Part shown: piece after piece, positions 13,993-35,610 of the stretch
How positions within the stretch are numbered: position 1 is the first letter of the stretch
Layout: the number at the start of each line of letters is the position of its first letter
Origin: the human T2T-CHM13v2.0 reference genome, Homo sapiens
Strand: one strand, 5' to 3'
Assembly (NCBI RefSeq): GCF_009914755.1
Contig: NC_060937.1
Length of the DNA: 64,000 nt
Program-made: the position numbers and the translations under genes
Notes under the pieces: generated by a model
The model's input: the letters and a program-made list of their open reading frames with translations, nothing else
What the model was told of the DNA's origin: nothing
The model's database searches: none

Positions 13993-14069
13993 AACTAAAA
14001 TAATTGAGACTGCTGCTGTATATTTTGTGCAACTAAAATAATTGAGACTGCTGCTGTTATGTTTTGTGC
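13993..14069. repeat. 38/39-bp tandem duplication
   Basis: AACTAAAATAATTGAGACTGCTGCTG(TATA/TTATG)TTTTGTGC, two copies. Confidence 0.95.
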
Positions 14070-15779
14070 AATTGAAATTAGATTTGGTATGTTTTAAACA
14101 GCTCATTCTAGACAGAAGTTAACTGAAATTCATAAATGTTCTTAGTTATTCCCTGCCACCCTTTCCCCACACACACACTTGAACTGTTCTGCACTTTGAA
14201 ACACAAAGCAACTTGTCAGTTCAGTTTATTCAGTCAGGGTCAGTTCTGTGAAAACAAAGCCAAGGCAATTGTTTGATTTAATTGACTAGACAAACTGGTT
14301 ATACAGGTTAGTAGAACTTAGTTTTATTTTTGTCCAGCTGCATATTTGAATGTTCATAAAGTAACTTAGTAAAATAATAAGATTCCAGTGACATTGTAAT
14401 AGATTTTAAAGAATAATTACCAAAGCAAAGAAAAAAAACATTCTAAAACCCAAACTATAGAAGCTATTCATGGTATTTTTTTCTTTATGGCTCCACTTTC
14501 ACTATAATGAAATGTGTTCCCCCAAAAAAGTAGCCTTCTTTTCTTTCACTATTCATTTCCTTCTTTTTTTTTTTTTAATTTTTTTTTGAGGATTTTTTTT
14601 CCTGGGCTGTAGTTAATATAACTATCAGAAAATTTCCTGTACAATTTAGATGAATAAATGCTTTTACAGAATAGTTCTCTATGTGCAAGCAGACATCCTC
14701 TAACAGTTGGTCAGCCCCCTTTTGGCTTCAGTGTCCTCCTTACCCAGCCAACCTCATGGCTGATCATTTTAACAATGTTCTCATTACTATCCTTGATTCT
14801 TTCTGCCTCCCACCATGCTTTCCACTATATCCATCCCACTGTTCCCTGCTTCTTCAGCTCCTGGGCTTCTAATCACTCATTATTTTATTAAAATGAGTGG
14901 AAAACCAAAAAATTGATATGCTAAAGTATACTCTTAAAGGTCTTAATACTTTAAAAGTATATAGATCTCATGAACATAATTCATTTGAGGAAAAAAATAC
15001 AAATCATTTCTTGTCCCAGGAAAACAGTAAATCTTTAATGGAACTTTTTAGCAATTATGACAAAAAGAATGGAAAAATGTTTAAACATATATAAAAGGCT
15101 AGACGTTTATCGCCAAATAGTATCTAAAGGTCATAGAATAGTTAGGAATTCTGTCATTTTGTTTTGTGTAATAAATACCCCCTTCCTTACCCTTTCACCC
15201 TAATAATAGATATCCACCATTTTGTTGTGATTATCCAACTATAGAGTACCTTTTTCAAGAACTCATTATATACCAAAGTAGGAGCTTGCTGACACTGATA
15301 ATGCTTTATTTAGTTTTGTAGTGACATACAATTACCATTTGCTTAGGAAAAAAAATAAAGAACAAAAACAAGTAAATTTTTTAAAACTATGGTTGTGTAT
15401 ATATAAGTTGATAAAAATCCTTTGGGAGAAAACTTTTGTCTTGTGTGTTAAGAGCATTAAATAGTCATACCCCTTAGCCTAGTGTGTCTTCTATCCTGAA
15501 AAAAAATTAACAAAGCAAATACTAACTTAAGAAAAAAAACTACAGCACTGAAAAGATTTGTTGTAATATTGTTTATGCTAACATAAATTATGTAAATTTT
15601 TATATATTGTTTATACTGACTTATAATTTATTACTATACATAGTGTAAATTATGATACATTGGCTTTGGTAGGCAGTTTTGTAACCGCTAATAATATAAA
15701 TACCATACTATTAACAATCTAGAAAAATGATTCTGGTATAGGTTATGTGAAAAGGCACAAAATAAAATTGTATATAGTA

Positions 15780-18035
<2,256 letters not shown>

Positions 18036-18310
18036 ATTTGTCAAAAATTTATACATAATGATTTGGATATATAAATTATGTATTTTTAAAACAAGGGAAT
18101 ATGAAGAAATGAAAAAATTATTGAATTATGGTGTGAATATTTTTAGTAGAAGTAAAGCTGAAATAAAAGAGTTTAACTTTTAGCTAAGTGTTTCCATTTT
18201 AAAAAGATATATTTTATGTCATATAGCTTTTCAGACCAAGACAAATACTAAGAAAATTTAAGTTTATGCATTCTCAAAATTGCTATTAATATTTTATTTA
18301 AAATTTTTTC

Positions 18311-18612
<302 letters not shown>

Positions 18613-18804
18613 TTATTGTTTATAGTTGCTATTAAGAATAGCTATATTGATTCACTCTTAAAACCTTCAAATTTACACAGGAAAAGCTTTTCAGAATAAT
18701 TCATGTCAAAGGAATTTCTGTACTATATTTGTGCTAGAGCATTTTGAATGATTTTATTTTGTTGTCACATTTTCTAGATTTTAATGAAACCTGTGTTTCT
18801 TTAG

Positions 18805-18936
<132 letters not shown>

Positions 18937-20141
18937 TAAACCATCTACAAATCTTTTATTTGAATAATAAAGACATTGTTACCATATTGCTGCTGTAGGT
19001 GAATTTGGGTTGTAAATCATGAACAGAAAATTTAAATAATGAAGGTGTCTTAAATGTAATGAATATTAAACTTTTCTTAGAAAAACTAAGGTCACATCAC
19101 ATCAGGTGTTCACATTCCACCTGTGATCAGATGTCTTAGCATGGAAATAACAATGTTACACTTATGAGCATAACATTCCATCTATCCTAGAGGACACAAC
19201 CGCTATTGGTCCTTGTTTCCCTAGAACTCTTTAGTGTGGTGTAGATTGACCAGAGGGAGAGGAGGAATAAAACCAGATGCCATTTGTGTCGTTAAAATGG
19301 CTTTTTAAACAACAACAACAAAAAATTTACATTTACTTAGATTTATGTTGATTTTTCCAAGGAATTTTTAGGCTTTTCTTCTGACCTTTTACATGAAAGT
19401 AACTTTTAAGTGTAAATAAATAAATTTCTTTCACTTCCTTAATTTGTAATTGTTTCTGTATGAGATCTTATCCAAAAAAAATTTGCTATGACCAGTTTGG
19501 TTTTTTAAACTGAAATTAAAGAATGAAGATATGTGTAAATGAAACAGTTTTACTTGTGGATAGATGGTTAGTTTGCTTAGTTACTAGATTTCCAAGATTA
19601 TAAGAATAATTTAGATTTTTATGGGTAAATTATTAACTGATTATCAATGTAAAAGCAGAGAATTAAGTGGGAATAGAAATGGTTAAATCAAGGAATTGGA
19701 AAACAATAAGGAGAAGATGGTTGTTAAATCCAGGTTTCTTAAAGTATGCAAACAAAAATATAAACCTATTGGTAACTAATTCCAAAGTATAAATGTTATT
19801 TTTAATGAATCACAGTAATTACCTTCTTTCATTTCTACCCCACCAAAATAATTGGTCTAGAACTTTATTCCTGTTCTTAATTTTTTATGATTTGTTTAAA
19901 TAATTTAGGAGCACATTTATACCTTAAATGTGTCAAAATAAATAAGTTTGTTTCTAGATTAATTTTAAAGTTAAAAATTCTGTATACAACCTACAATAAT
20001 AAATTAATTGTTCTATAAATAGTTCTTGGGGACAATAGAAATTATGTCTTTCACAATTCACTGGGCACCTGATTATCTTAGGGAAATTGAAGAAAGAACC
20101 CCAAATAGAATTTTTTCCTCCTATGTTACATATTTCTGTTA

Positions 20142-20759
<618 letters not shown>

Positions 20760-21429
20760 TTAAAATTTGAATCTTTTATATGTCTTATTTTACCATTATT
20801 TCTTGTGATGAGGAGGTATATAAAAATCCTGAGGAAAAAAATTACTCCTTTCACAGTTATCTCCAAACAAATTTATTTGATTATTTATTTTACTAAGAAT
20901 TAAGGTAGCTTAAAATGTTTAATATAGAGAAAATAATAGCTAGCTGTAGGAGAAAATTATAAAGATGAACAAATTCAGCCATAGAGAAATTAAGCAACTT
21001 GTCCTCTAAGAACATGCAACATTGTGATAGAGTAAGAATTCAATTTTATATCTGTCTGCTTGCTAATTCTATTCTCCTAACCATTAGGTTATACTGCCCC
21101 TCTATGTTCTATTCTGAATAAGGGATAATATTTCTTTAGCTAAAATAATTAAGGAAGAGAACAAAAAAGTAGTGTATCATAGTGATTAAAAGTAGCACTT
21201 TAATGAGTTGATCGTTGTTGAAGCGGGGTGATAGATATATCAGGGTTTGCTATTACATATTTTCTCTTCTGAAATATTCTATAATAAAATTTTTTAAAAA
21301 ACAGATTTTAAAAGGAAGTTTTCAAATTCAACTCAGTACTTAGTTTTGAGTTAGGGCAAGTAATTTAAACTCTCTAATACCTCTGTTGTCCAATAGAACT
21401 TTCTATAATGATAAAAATATTCCATATCT

Positions 21430-21759
<330 letters not shown>

Positions 21760-21763
21760 CTAG

Positions 21764-22160
<397 letters not shown>

Positions 22161-24713
22161 TGAGGAACTAAATTTTTAATTCTATTAAAATTAAATTGTT
22201 TAAATTATCTTTAATTTTATTTTTAATTTTATTAAAATTAAAGATAATTTTAATTGCCCTAGTGGCCAATGGCTGTGGTATTGCACAGTACAGCCAGTTT
22301 CCTCATATGTGAAATGAGAGTGGTGCCGAGGCAGACAGATTGCCTGAGCCCAGGAGTTCGAGACCAGCCTGGACAACATGGCAAAACCATGTTTGGTTTT
22401 GTCTCTACAAAAAATACAGAAAAATTTGCCAGTGTGATGGCACGCTTCTGTAGTCCTGGCTACTCAGGAGGCTGAGGTGGGAGGATGAGTTGAGCCTGGG
22501 AGGTGGAGGTTGCAATGAGCAACTGCACTCCAGCCTGGGTGACAAAGCAAAACTCTGTCTCAAAAAAAAAATAAAAATAAAAATAATGAGAGTGGTCCTA
22601 ACAGCACCCGATTGATAGGGTTGTTCTGAGGAATAAATGATATAATCTTCATAATATACACAGATATAATAGTGCCTAAACATTATATTCAACAGTGTTC
22701 AATAAATGTTTGCCATTCTTAGTACTTACCATACATGTAACAAATTTTTGGTTGAAAATTATATTAAAAATGAGAAATAACATTTCTCAAAATATGTTGA
22801 ATTTCAACAAAAATTAAGACTCCCTTAATAACAGCAACGGTTTTCATAAAGGCCATGTCATTTATGGAATTAATTACCAAGAAAAATTTTGTACTAAACA
22901 TGAGTCCTTTAATGTTGTCTTGTGTTTCATAAATTAATTGTGTGATATTTTAGTACATTCTGAACTGATAATTCACAGGATATGAAATCTTATTCTTAAT
23001 TGAAGCAACTACCTTCTAAAGTGAAAAGTTATTAATACTTTCAGTAGTTTAATTACAACACTTGAGATGTTGCTATAGGTGTACCCTGGTGACATGAATG
23101 AAATGCTGTGATGTAACAATGCCATTAAAAAGTCAGCTCAGCCAGTAATTCAGATATGGTAGGATAGATCACAGTTCTGTATACCCACATTCCTTCATCC
23201 CTACTCGAAGCAAATGGCATTTCAAATCCTAGAGTGGAATTATCCTGGGCTTTAAATACACATCAGGCTGGTTTCTCTCCTTATGGTAAATGTGTCTGTA
23301 AAATTAGATATTAATATGAACCCGAAGGGGTAGTTGTGAAAATTAAATTTAGGGGCATATATAAAGCTTTGGCATGTAGGAGAATCTCAGTAAATGTTAC
23401 TTCCCTCCCCTTGTCTTTTATTTGAAATTTAAACATTAATGATGGCCCATCCAAAAGCGTTATCAAGTTATTATGTTCCTTAGAAAACATAAACAGGAAA
23501 ATTCCTATTCCTCATTGCTAGGTGTTGATGTTAGTTGTAAAAATATTTACATCAATTGATGATTTTTAAATGTTTTTCTAATTCAATAAAAACTCTTTGA
23601 AGAACTGAATAATTGTATGCTTTTCTTAGAAAATTAAACAATACCACTATACCATACTTACCCCTTGAAAATCAACTATTTATACAATATATTCAATTTC
23701 TAGAAAGGCTAGAGTAAATATTCACTAAAATGAAATCATCATAAACACATTAAAAGCTAACATTTGAGATGTCACTATTAACTGCTTTAAATTCTCCTAT
23801 CATTAAAGTAATACTTTATTATAAAAATAGTACTGTTAACTTTCTTCCACCAAGCCACAAGAGACACTCTGTGTAATACAGTTTGATCTCTACTTCAGAA
23901 AGGAAGGAAGCTTGGAAAGAGAATAATTAGCATAATTTTCTTTGCCTGTTGTCAGTTCTCAGTTTATTCTTAACTGGTAGTTAAAGATAAGACTACATTG
24001 CCAACTTCCCTTACAAAGCTATCCCAGAGTGTATTGATCCAGGAAGTTAAGGAACAATATATCAGGAATGTTTTCGTATTGCAGGTGAAACAGAGCCATA
24101 AACATGAATTTCTAAGTAATAATTAACAGTGAATTTAACAATTATGGGTGTAATATACCATTCAAGATAGATGTGCTTACAAGGAGATTTGTTTTGTAGT
24201 TGTTTTATGAGTCACTCATAGAAGCTTTGTATTTTCAAAGGTAAGTTTCCACTGTTATGAAATATGTCTTATGAAGACTAAAATTCTATTGAGTAAATAC
24301 ATACTAGAAGAAGAGTGAATATAATAATCATCATATTCAGTTTTAGAGACCCACATGTTAAAGGTTGTCTCCCTGTGGTTCGAGTATATTATAAAGAAGA
24401 CAAAATATATGCCCAGATATTGTAATCACAGCAATATTGTCTGGGAAGTCCACATTGTTTGTAATAAACTCATGTCTTACAGGTGCAACATAATTGTTCT
24501 GTAAGCCAGTTTATCCCCCCACCATTTATTCCATGTATATACGGTTGTTTTGCTATTTAATTATAGAATACTTTATTTTTGAAAAGTTAAAACACGACAA
24601 TATAAAAGCATTTGTAAAGAATTATCCAGTCAAAATCCTTTAATTACCTCGACATTCCATTCCGATTACACTACATATTCTTTAGAAGAGCCAGTTGGTA
24701 TTTGAAACAGAGA

Positions 24714-24716
<3 letters not shown>

Positions 24717-24750
<34 letters not shown>
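24717..24750. repeat. (TG)n microsatellite
   Basis: About 14 uninterrupted TG units. Confidence 0.95.
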
Positions 24751-25169
24751 CACTGAATGTGAGTATATGCTTATATACCGTGGTTATAAGTGTATACATG
24801 TATATGAACATAGACACATACATGTTCCTTAAAAGTTCCTAGTCCTATTTACTGGATATTTAAATTTGAAAAATATTTTGCCTTCAAAGTGATTCCAGCT
24901 AAAGAGGTGGTTAGAATTCTAGAGTTAGAGAAACATGTGATCCTTACCATGCTTTGGAGACTCTAGCAGAACATGGCACTCAGTTTCCTTTATACTGTTT
25001 TGTTCTTTTCAACTCCTCAGCTCTTGTGGGATCTCTGGCGCCTAACTCTAAAAGTCAGTTTGTTTTTCAGCTGAGCTGCTTACCTTTATTGGCATTTAAT
25101 TACTGTTTTACTCTGATGCCTATTTTTTTATCTAAATTAGTAACACTGTATAACATTTATATAGTTTTA

Positions 25170-25385
25170 TGAGTTCAACACTTTATATAATCATTCACAT
25201 AGTCCTTTGACATACATGAGTATTATGTTCTACTTTTACAGATATAAAAACTGAGGTTCAGTGGGGTGGTATGTGTTATGCTTTACAGCACACATTTGAG
25301 TCTGAGTCAGTGGCACAGTTGGGAACAGAAGTCAAAATTGCATCTAGTCCGTCTCCTCAGAGGACAAACTATGATGCTTCCTTCT
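25170..25385 (-). mobile_element. MIR
   Basis: TTTTACAGATATAAAAACTGAGGTTCAG. Confidence 0.65.
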
Positions 25386-25521
25386 CGATTACTTGGAAGG
25401 AGAAGAATGTGGGCTTTCCCTCTTAAGTCCTTTGAATTAGCAGTTGCTGCAGATTGCCTACTACTGTTTCTTGAATTAAAAAAAAAAAAGTCTGCCAAAT
25501 ATTATTCTAAAGATTAGTGGC

Positions 25522-26208
<687 letters not shown>

Positions 26209-26643
26209 TTAAAACAATTCTTGTTAGTTTTACCCTCACAAATTTTGTCTTTTTTATTGTAATCATTCATTAGATAATTGCCACCATGCCAGGCCAGAAA
26301 TTGAAAATCAAACTAATAATTTGGAGACAAACGTTCTTTTTTCAAGTTTATCACAGACTAAATACCTGATTCACTTACTTAACTCAATTATATACCTGAT
26401 AATTTAGTTTGTAAAATATTACTTTCAGTTTTAAGGATGTTTTAATTTGTCTTCTAGTATCTTGTGTTGTAATAGTTTGCTGACATAGTACTTCTTACCT
26501 TTTATGTGAGTTTCTTTATCTTTTTACATTTTAGTAGTAAATAGTCATCTTTAAAACATTAATTTTATGCCTATACTAGGCAGGAAATTATTCTCAGACA
26601 GCATCTCAGTTACGTTGTCAAATGGATTCTTAAGAGAAGAAAA

Positions 26644-26810
26644 GCTGGGTGCAGTGATGTATGCCTGTAGTCCCAGATACTTAGGAGACTGAAGCAGGAA
26701 GATTGCTTGAGCCCAGGAGTTTGAGGCTGTAGTTCATTGTTACCATGTCTGTGAGTAGCCACTGCACTCCAGCCTGGGCAACACAGCAAGACTCCATCTC
26801 TTTAAAAAAA
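26644..26810 (+). mobile_element. FAM (fossil Alu monomer) followed by a polypurine tract to about 26921
   Basis: FAM-specific GAGGCTGTAGT...CTGTGAGTAGCCACTGCACTCCAGCC. Confidence 0.85.
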
Positions 26811-27079
26811 AGAGAAAGAGAAAGAAAAGAGGAGAGGGAAGAAAGAAAAGAAAAAAGAAAGGAAAAGAAAAGAGGAGAGGGAAGAAAGAAAAGAAAAAAG
26901 AAAGGAAAAGAAAAGAAAAAGATCTTCTGACAAAATAGGCCATTCATTGGGCCAAACATTTTAGTGGCTGGTCTGGAATATTTATGGACTATAAATTTAT
27001 CTTTAGTTCAAACCATCAGATTCATGTTTATTCTTTTAATATTTACCATTTATTAACTATATTTATACTAACATAATGA

Positions 27080-27238
<159 letters not shown>

Positions 27239-27714
27239 TAAAAACTGCTATCAGGTTAAAATTATTGGATCCCAGTTGTGCATGTTCATTAATGACTTCT
27301 CTTATTTATGTCTCACTGTAATTTTGTCCTTTTTTATTCAACTTTTGATATACTTCTTAGAGTTAATTCTTATTCCTAGAATAACCCCTTCTTGTTGTGT
27401 TGATATCTGTCACTGAATTTCCCCATATTATTTAATAATAATCTGTTTTATCTTATTCTGCAACTAGACAGTTAATTTCCTTAGTGTGCCTCTCGTCTTC
27501 TTTATCAATGTATGCCCAGTGCCTGTAGTGTAGATAATTTGTGTTGAGCTTTAAAGTTCATAAAATTATTTTCTTTTCTTCATTTGTTCCCTACCAAAAT
27601 TCTTTTAGAGTAAATATAATTCCTATTTTATAGATGGAGAAATGAGTTTTAAGTGGCTTGCCCATGGCAGTTAGTAACTAAGAGATAAGTTCTGTTTTGT
27701 TTTGTTTTTTTCCT

Positions 27715-28500
27715 TTAAGGTTTATTGAGTTATAATCTACAAAGAATAAAATTAACCTTTTTTAGCAGACATGTCTGTGATTTTTGACAAATGCACACAG
27801 TTGTGTCAGCACCACCACAATCAATATATAGAATAGTTCTATTACTCCACAAAATTCCCTCATTACCCCTTTTTAGCTGACCCTTTTCCTCAACCCCCAG
27901 CCCTATCAACCACGGGTGTATTTTCTGTAACTATTGTTTACCTTTTACAAAATGCTATAAAAGTGAAATTATCAGTATATAGCCTTTTGAGTCTGGCTTT
28001 TCTCAGTTACAATAATACATTTGCAATTCATATATATTGTTGCAATACAGATGTATAATATATTGACCTCAAGTGATCCGCCTGCATCAGCCTCCCAAAG
28101 TGCTGGGATTACAGGTGTGAGCCTGTACATACATCTACATTAGTCATATGTTTCCTTTTTATTGCTGAGTAATAAGCCATTATATGGATGTAACCCAGTT
28201 TGTTAATTCATTCACAGTTTATGGACATTTGAGTTGTTTCCATTTGAGGACATCTCCGAATAAAATATCTGTAAACAATTAATGTACACATTTTAATATA
28301 AACAAAAGTTTCCATTTCTCTTGGGTAAATACCCAGGAACATGATTACTGCATTGTATGGCAGGTGTATGTTTAAGTTTATAAGCAACTGTCAAAATTTT
28401 CCAAAGTTACTATACTTTTGCATTCCCCCTCTACGATGAATGAGAGTTCCAGTTTCTCTGCATCGTCACCAACCATTGGTATTTTTAACACAAAGCCTTT
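27715..28500 (-). mobile_element. L1MB7/8-like 3' end
   Basis: TTTATTGAGTTATAAT...CACCACCACAATCAATATATAGAA...TCTTGGGTAAATACCCAGGA...ATGAGAGTTCCAGTT. Confidence 0.8.
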
Positions 28501-28572
28501 TTTCTACTGAACTATCACTGCCTCATCTTAGCCATCTTTTTACCATTTTGTTATTCTAATAGAAAAAGAAAC

Positions 28573-28871
28573 TTTTTTTTTTTTTTTTTGGAGACAGGAT
28601 CTTGCTCTGTCACCCAGGCTGGAGTGCAGTGGCATGATCTCGGCTCACGGCAACCTCTGCCTTCCGAGTTCAAGCGAATCTCTTGGCTTAACCTCCTGAG
28701 TACCCGGGATTACAGGTGCATGCCACCATGCCATCTAACTTTTGTGTTTTTAATAGAGACTGGGTTTCGGCATGGTTGGCCAGGCTGATCTTAAACTCCT
28801 GACCTCAAGTGATCTGCCCGCCTCAATCCTCAAAGTGCTGGGATTACAGGTGTGAGCCACCGCGCCCGACC
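28573..28871 (-). mobile_element. AluS
   Basis: Full dimer; degenerate TSD AGAAAA..AAAC. Confidence 0.92.
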
Positions 28872-29633
28872 AGAAAACAAAACATTTAAAACATATCATT
28901 GGTTTATGAGTATCCTGATACTAGTCTGGGAGAGGTATACCAGATGTTGGGAAGAAATTATTGGGAGAATATTGTTGAGAGAGGGGAACTGGAAACTATT
29001 ACTGGAAGCAGTTCAAAGGTACGTATCCTAGAGATGGTGTCAGAAGAATTGGAGGATTGTCTGTATCTGAGAAATGGCATTGGAGTGAGTTCTCTTAAAG
29101 GTGTCTTCTATGTGATGGGTGAAAAGGATGAGAAAGTGTCCCAGGACTAGATTGTAATGATAACATTTAGGAAGGTAAGTCAATCTAACAACAGGTTACA
29201 GAGCTAGGAAAAGCTTCTCTGAAGATATTTATTCTTTCTTCTGAGTTCGGACATTCTAGACCTTATCCATCACCGCTGCTGTCACTTATGTCCTAGGATT
29301 CTGCTTTCAAGTAATTGTTTCTTCACTGTGGAAACCTGATTCATTCACTATGTGGAATTTTCGCAAGTGTTTTTGAAATTAAATATTTAAGAGTAGTAAC
29401 TACAGATGACCATTCAGCCATATCAACTACATTTTTTTAAAGCTAGATATTAATTTTTTTTTCAGAATGGCAATTCTCATTTGATTTTAAGGGGATGTGC
29501 TACACTGAAAAATATATGAGCAGTTCCAACACTTGGAATCACATTACTCATGAGTCCAAATAAAAACCAAAAAACTTTGCGTGGTGGATTGAGAAGAAAA
29601 TACGTTTAAGCATGCAAATTAAATTCTAGCAGA

Positions 29634-29798
29634 GCTGGGCACAGTGTCACACACCTGTAGTCCCAGGTACTCTGGAGGCTAAGGCAGGAGGATCACTTGA
29701 GCACAGGAGTTTGAGACTATAGTGCACTCTGATCTCACCTGTGAATAGCCACTGCACTCCAGCCTGAGCAATGTAGTGCAACCCTATCTTTTAAAAAA
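29634..29798 (+). mobile_element. FAM followed by a polypurine tract to about 29894
   Basis: CTATAGTGCACTCTGATCTCACCTGTGAATAGCCACTGCACTCCAGCCTGAGCAA matches FAM. Confidence 0.88.
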
Positions 29799-30400
29799 GA
29801 AAGAAAGAGAAAGAGGGAGGGAGGGTTAGAGGGAAGGAGAGGAAGAAGAAGAAGGAAGAAAGGAAGCGAAGGAGGGGAGGGAAGGAGGGAGAAATTTAAA
29901 CACTAGCAAGATGAAACTACTCATTAATTGCCTACTACTACATGTTATTACTGGTATTTGTATGGATGCATATTTAGATAATTGTCAGTTTTTATGTATT
30001 TGACAGTATATCTTTATTTTGGCAAGTATGTTTTAATAATTTAACATTGTATAGCTTTTGATGATACCAAACATCTAAAGAAAAGCAACTTTTTTTGTTT
30101 TAAAGCAAAGTAAAAATTAAAGCTTAGTAAAACAAATCTAATGTTATTAATCATTTTCTAAGAAACCATTTACTACCAACTTACATCATATATACACATG
30201 CAAAGGCCTCCGCAAATTGCATATATGGAAAGAAAACAGCTGGTGTGACCCCCTAGAAATGCTTGGCCATTCACTTGAACATTTACCTGATGAAACAGGA
30301 TTGATTTATTCACTTGATTGTTCAGAGGATCATGTCCTCATAATAGTCAATAGATAACATTGGTTAAGAATAATTCTGATTTTTTTTTGAAAATGAAAAT

Positions 30401-30556
30401 CAGGGCTGGGACTAGGGTGAGGCAAGCAAGGCATCTAGGACACATGATGTAAGGAGGTGCCTACTCTCAGAGTGGGCAAAGAACATGGACGGCCCCTGGG
30501 AGCCACTGCTTCTTTACCTAAGGCCGCTAGCTTGTCTCACCCTGGTCAATACCCTG
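30401..30556. mobile_element. MER96-like hAT MITE
   Basis: Imperfect terminal inverted repeats CAGGGCTGGGACTAGGGTGAGGCAAGC and GCTTGTCTCACCCTGGTCAATACCCTG. Confidence 0.8.
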
Positions 30557-30610
30557 GGAAAATTATCTGATACCAGTCTGGTTTTAATCAGTTAAATTTG
30601 GACAGTGTAA

Positions 30611-31015
<405 letters not shown>

Positions 31016-32420
31016 AGCTCTAACTTTTTTTAGCAGTGTCACTTAGTTCTGATTAGGCTGTATGTGTTCATGTAATGTGAAGTAAGATCACCAGTTCATT
31101 TACATAATTCCAAAATATGTGTTAAACAGAAAAAAGCAAGTAGGACAATTCTAGGTTGACAATTCAGAAACATTTGGGGCATGACCACAGAGAGTTTTTA
31201 TTTTCTATATTAGTGTTAGCTCAAAAATATTAGCTTAAAAGTATCTTCTCTCATGTTAAGAGTTAGGGTGTGGTGTGACAATTTCCAGGAATGTGTATTG
31301 ATCTCTTACAATTGAGTATTTCTTGAACTATGAGTGGAATATTAGGTGATGTTTAGTCCTAACTTTTTTTGCGAGAAAATATATTCAACAACTAATTTCA
31401 GAATGATATAACGTGAAGAGCAGGTGGCCGTAGAGAGAAATAGGATATTTTAGGTTGACTTTTCAGACTACAAAGCTCAACTGGGTTGGGTAAATATATT
31501 AGGTTAAAGGATTTACACAACAAATACTAACTTAAAAATGTGCATAAATTGAATTGAGAGCTTATACCTGCCCACACTTCTCCATTCTAAATTCTCCAGG
31601 TTTTGTCCCTATATTCAGTAAAATGTTCATAAAGCAGAGGGGGAAAGGGCAAAATATCTCTCCTCACAGAATTTATTTTATTAAAGAACAGTTTAATGTC
31701 ATGCCTTCTGCTTTTGTAGAAGATCAAAACAAAGTGTGATCTCTCTTGGTTTTGTAAAACTAAGGCAGTCTACTAAGTACATCCACATAAATGACATAAT
31801 CTAATCTTTACTACAGTCCACTGATAAATATCATTGTCCTCATTGTTAGAGATGAAACTGATGCTGATAAGAGTTAAATAACTCAACTGTGATTACGTAG
31901 TCAAAACTAAAAGTAATTCATTTTTTCCCTGAAACAAAACTAAGGTTCTTTTTCCTTAGTCTCATTTAGACAGAAAAAAACTCATGATGAATTATTGCGT
32001 ATACTCCAGGAAAATTTTTGCCTCTGGGCGTGAAGTTATATTCCTCTTTCTTTTTTTCATAAAATGAAAACTTTGTAATTTAATGTGTTTCCTTTTTGTC
32101 TTCATTGCCAGAAAACTCAGAGCTGAATATCTTATCCAGGTGTTATAATCTTTTTTTTCCTCTTTCACTTTTGATACCTCAGAATAACTTTATCTGTTTC
32201 CTTCAGGTGGGTTGTAATCTATCTTACTCTAAAATGTCTTCACTTGTACTCGGATTAAGACCTCTTAGGTGTAAATAAAATATAAACCTAAATAATTAGA
32301 TATTGAAAAGAGGTAAAAGGAAAAGATAAACTGATAGGAACTCACTTTTAGATAACAGTAGCAGGACTTCAAATAAAACATTCATTTTGAAAAGATTTGA
32401 GTATAAGAAATGTGATTTCA

Positions 32421-32711
32421 GGCCCGATGCAGTGGTTCACACTTGTAATCCCAGCACTCAAAAAGGCCAAGGTGGGAGGAACGCTTGAGGCTAGGTGTTC
32501 AGCACCAGCCTGGACAACCTAGGAAGACCTCATCTTCACAAAAAAATCAAAATTTAGCTGGGCATGGTGGTGCACATCTGTGTTCCCAGCTACTGGGGAA
32601 GTCGAAGCAGAAAGATAGCTTGAGCCCAGGAGGTTAAGGCTGCAGTGAATCATAATCACACCACTGCCCTCCAGCTTGGGTGACAGCAACACTGTCTTTT
32701 AGAAAAAGAGA
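32421..32711 (+). mobile_element. AluJ
   Basis: Diverged dimer; TSD AGAAATGTGA. Confidence 0.9.
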
Positions 32712-32999
32712 AATGTGACTCCTTAAAATGGCTTCTTTCTTGAGCTTATCACTCAGTAATCGTCATTAATTGCATTTAGTTTTCATCTGTTTTTATCCAC
32801 TCATCTTTGCCTTAACGAAACAAGATTTACTGATCACCTTTGGAAATTCTAATTCTGCTTTTCTTTGTATATATTTTATCCACGTGTCCTTAGAATATAA
32901 GCTTTTGAGAGTAGGAAAAGTATCTTTCATCAGCCAAATGCCTAATAGAATACTGAGCTCAGTCGTTAGAAGCTGATGTAGAAGCCCTTTTCTCATGGC

Positions 33000-35090
<2,091 letters not shown>

Positions 35091-35409
35091 GAAAGAGATG
35101 TGGTACAGTCAGTGTTTTGAGAAAAATGAATTTTGAAGTAGCTGTGTAATAAATGAATGATGTACATAAAAGAATTGCCAAGTTGAAATGTTATGTACTT
35201 ATAGTAGTACCATTCTGTGTAATTTTTCTTTAGCAGCACTTAGCACCCCAGGTGTAAACATAGAAGATGGAAACTAGACTGATCCAGAATTACATTCTAC
35301 TTTCTACTATATGTACATATAAATATGTTCAACTCTCTCATTAAATTGTAAGACTGGCATTACCTTTATATTCCTTACATCTTCTACATTTTGAAATACT
35401 ATGGAAAAA

Positions 35410-35610
35410 GCCAGCAGTCAGACAGACAAGACTTGTATTCATATCCCAGCTCTGCTACTTAATAGCAGTGCATTTTTGAGACAATAATTTCACCCCTCTA
35501 AACTCAGTTATCTCATCTGTAAATAAAGGTAATATCTACTTTGCAAGGTTCTGTGAGAATTAATATAGCAGTGTTCCTGGAATATAACAGAACTCAATGA
35601 ATGTAGTTCC
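35410..35610 (+). mobile_element. MIR
   Basis: ATCCCAGCTCTGCTACTT...CTCAGTTATCTCATCTGTAAA. Confidence 0.8.

Noticed and set aside
26966-26990. GGCTGGTC resembling a Y RNA 5' end
   Set aside because: No downstream Y RNA homology or closing stem.
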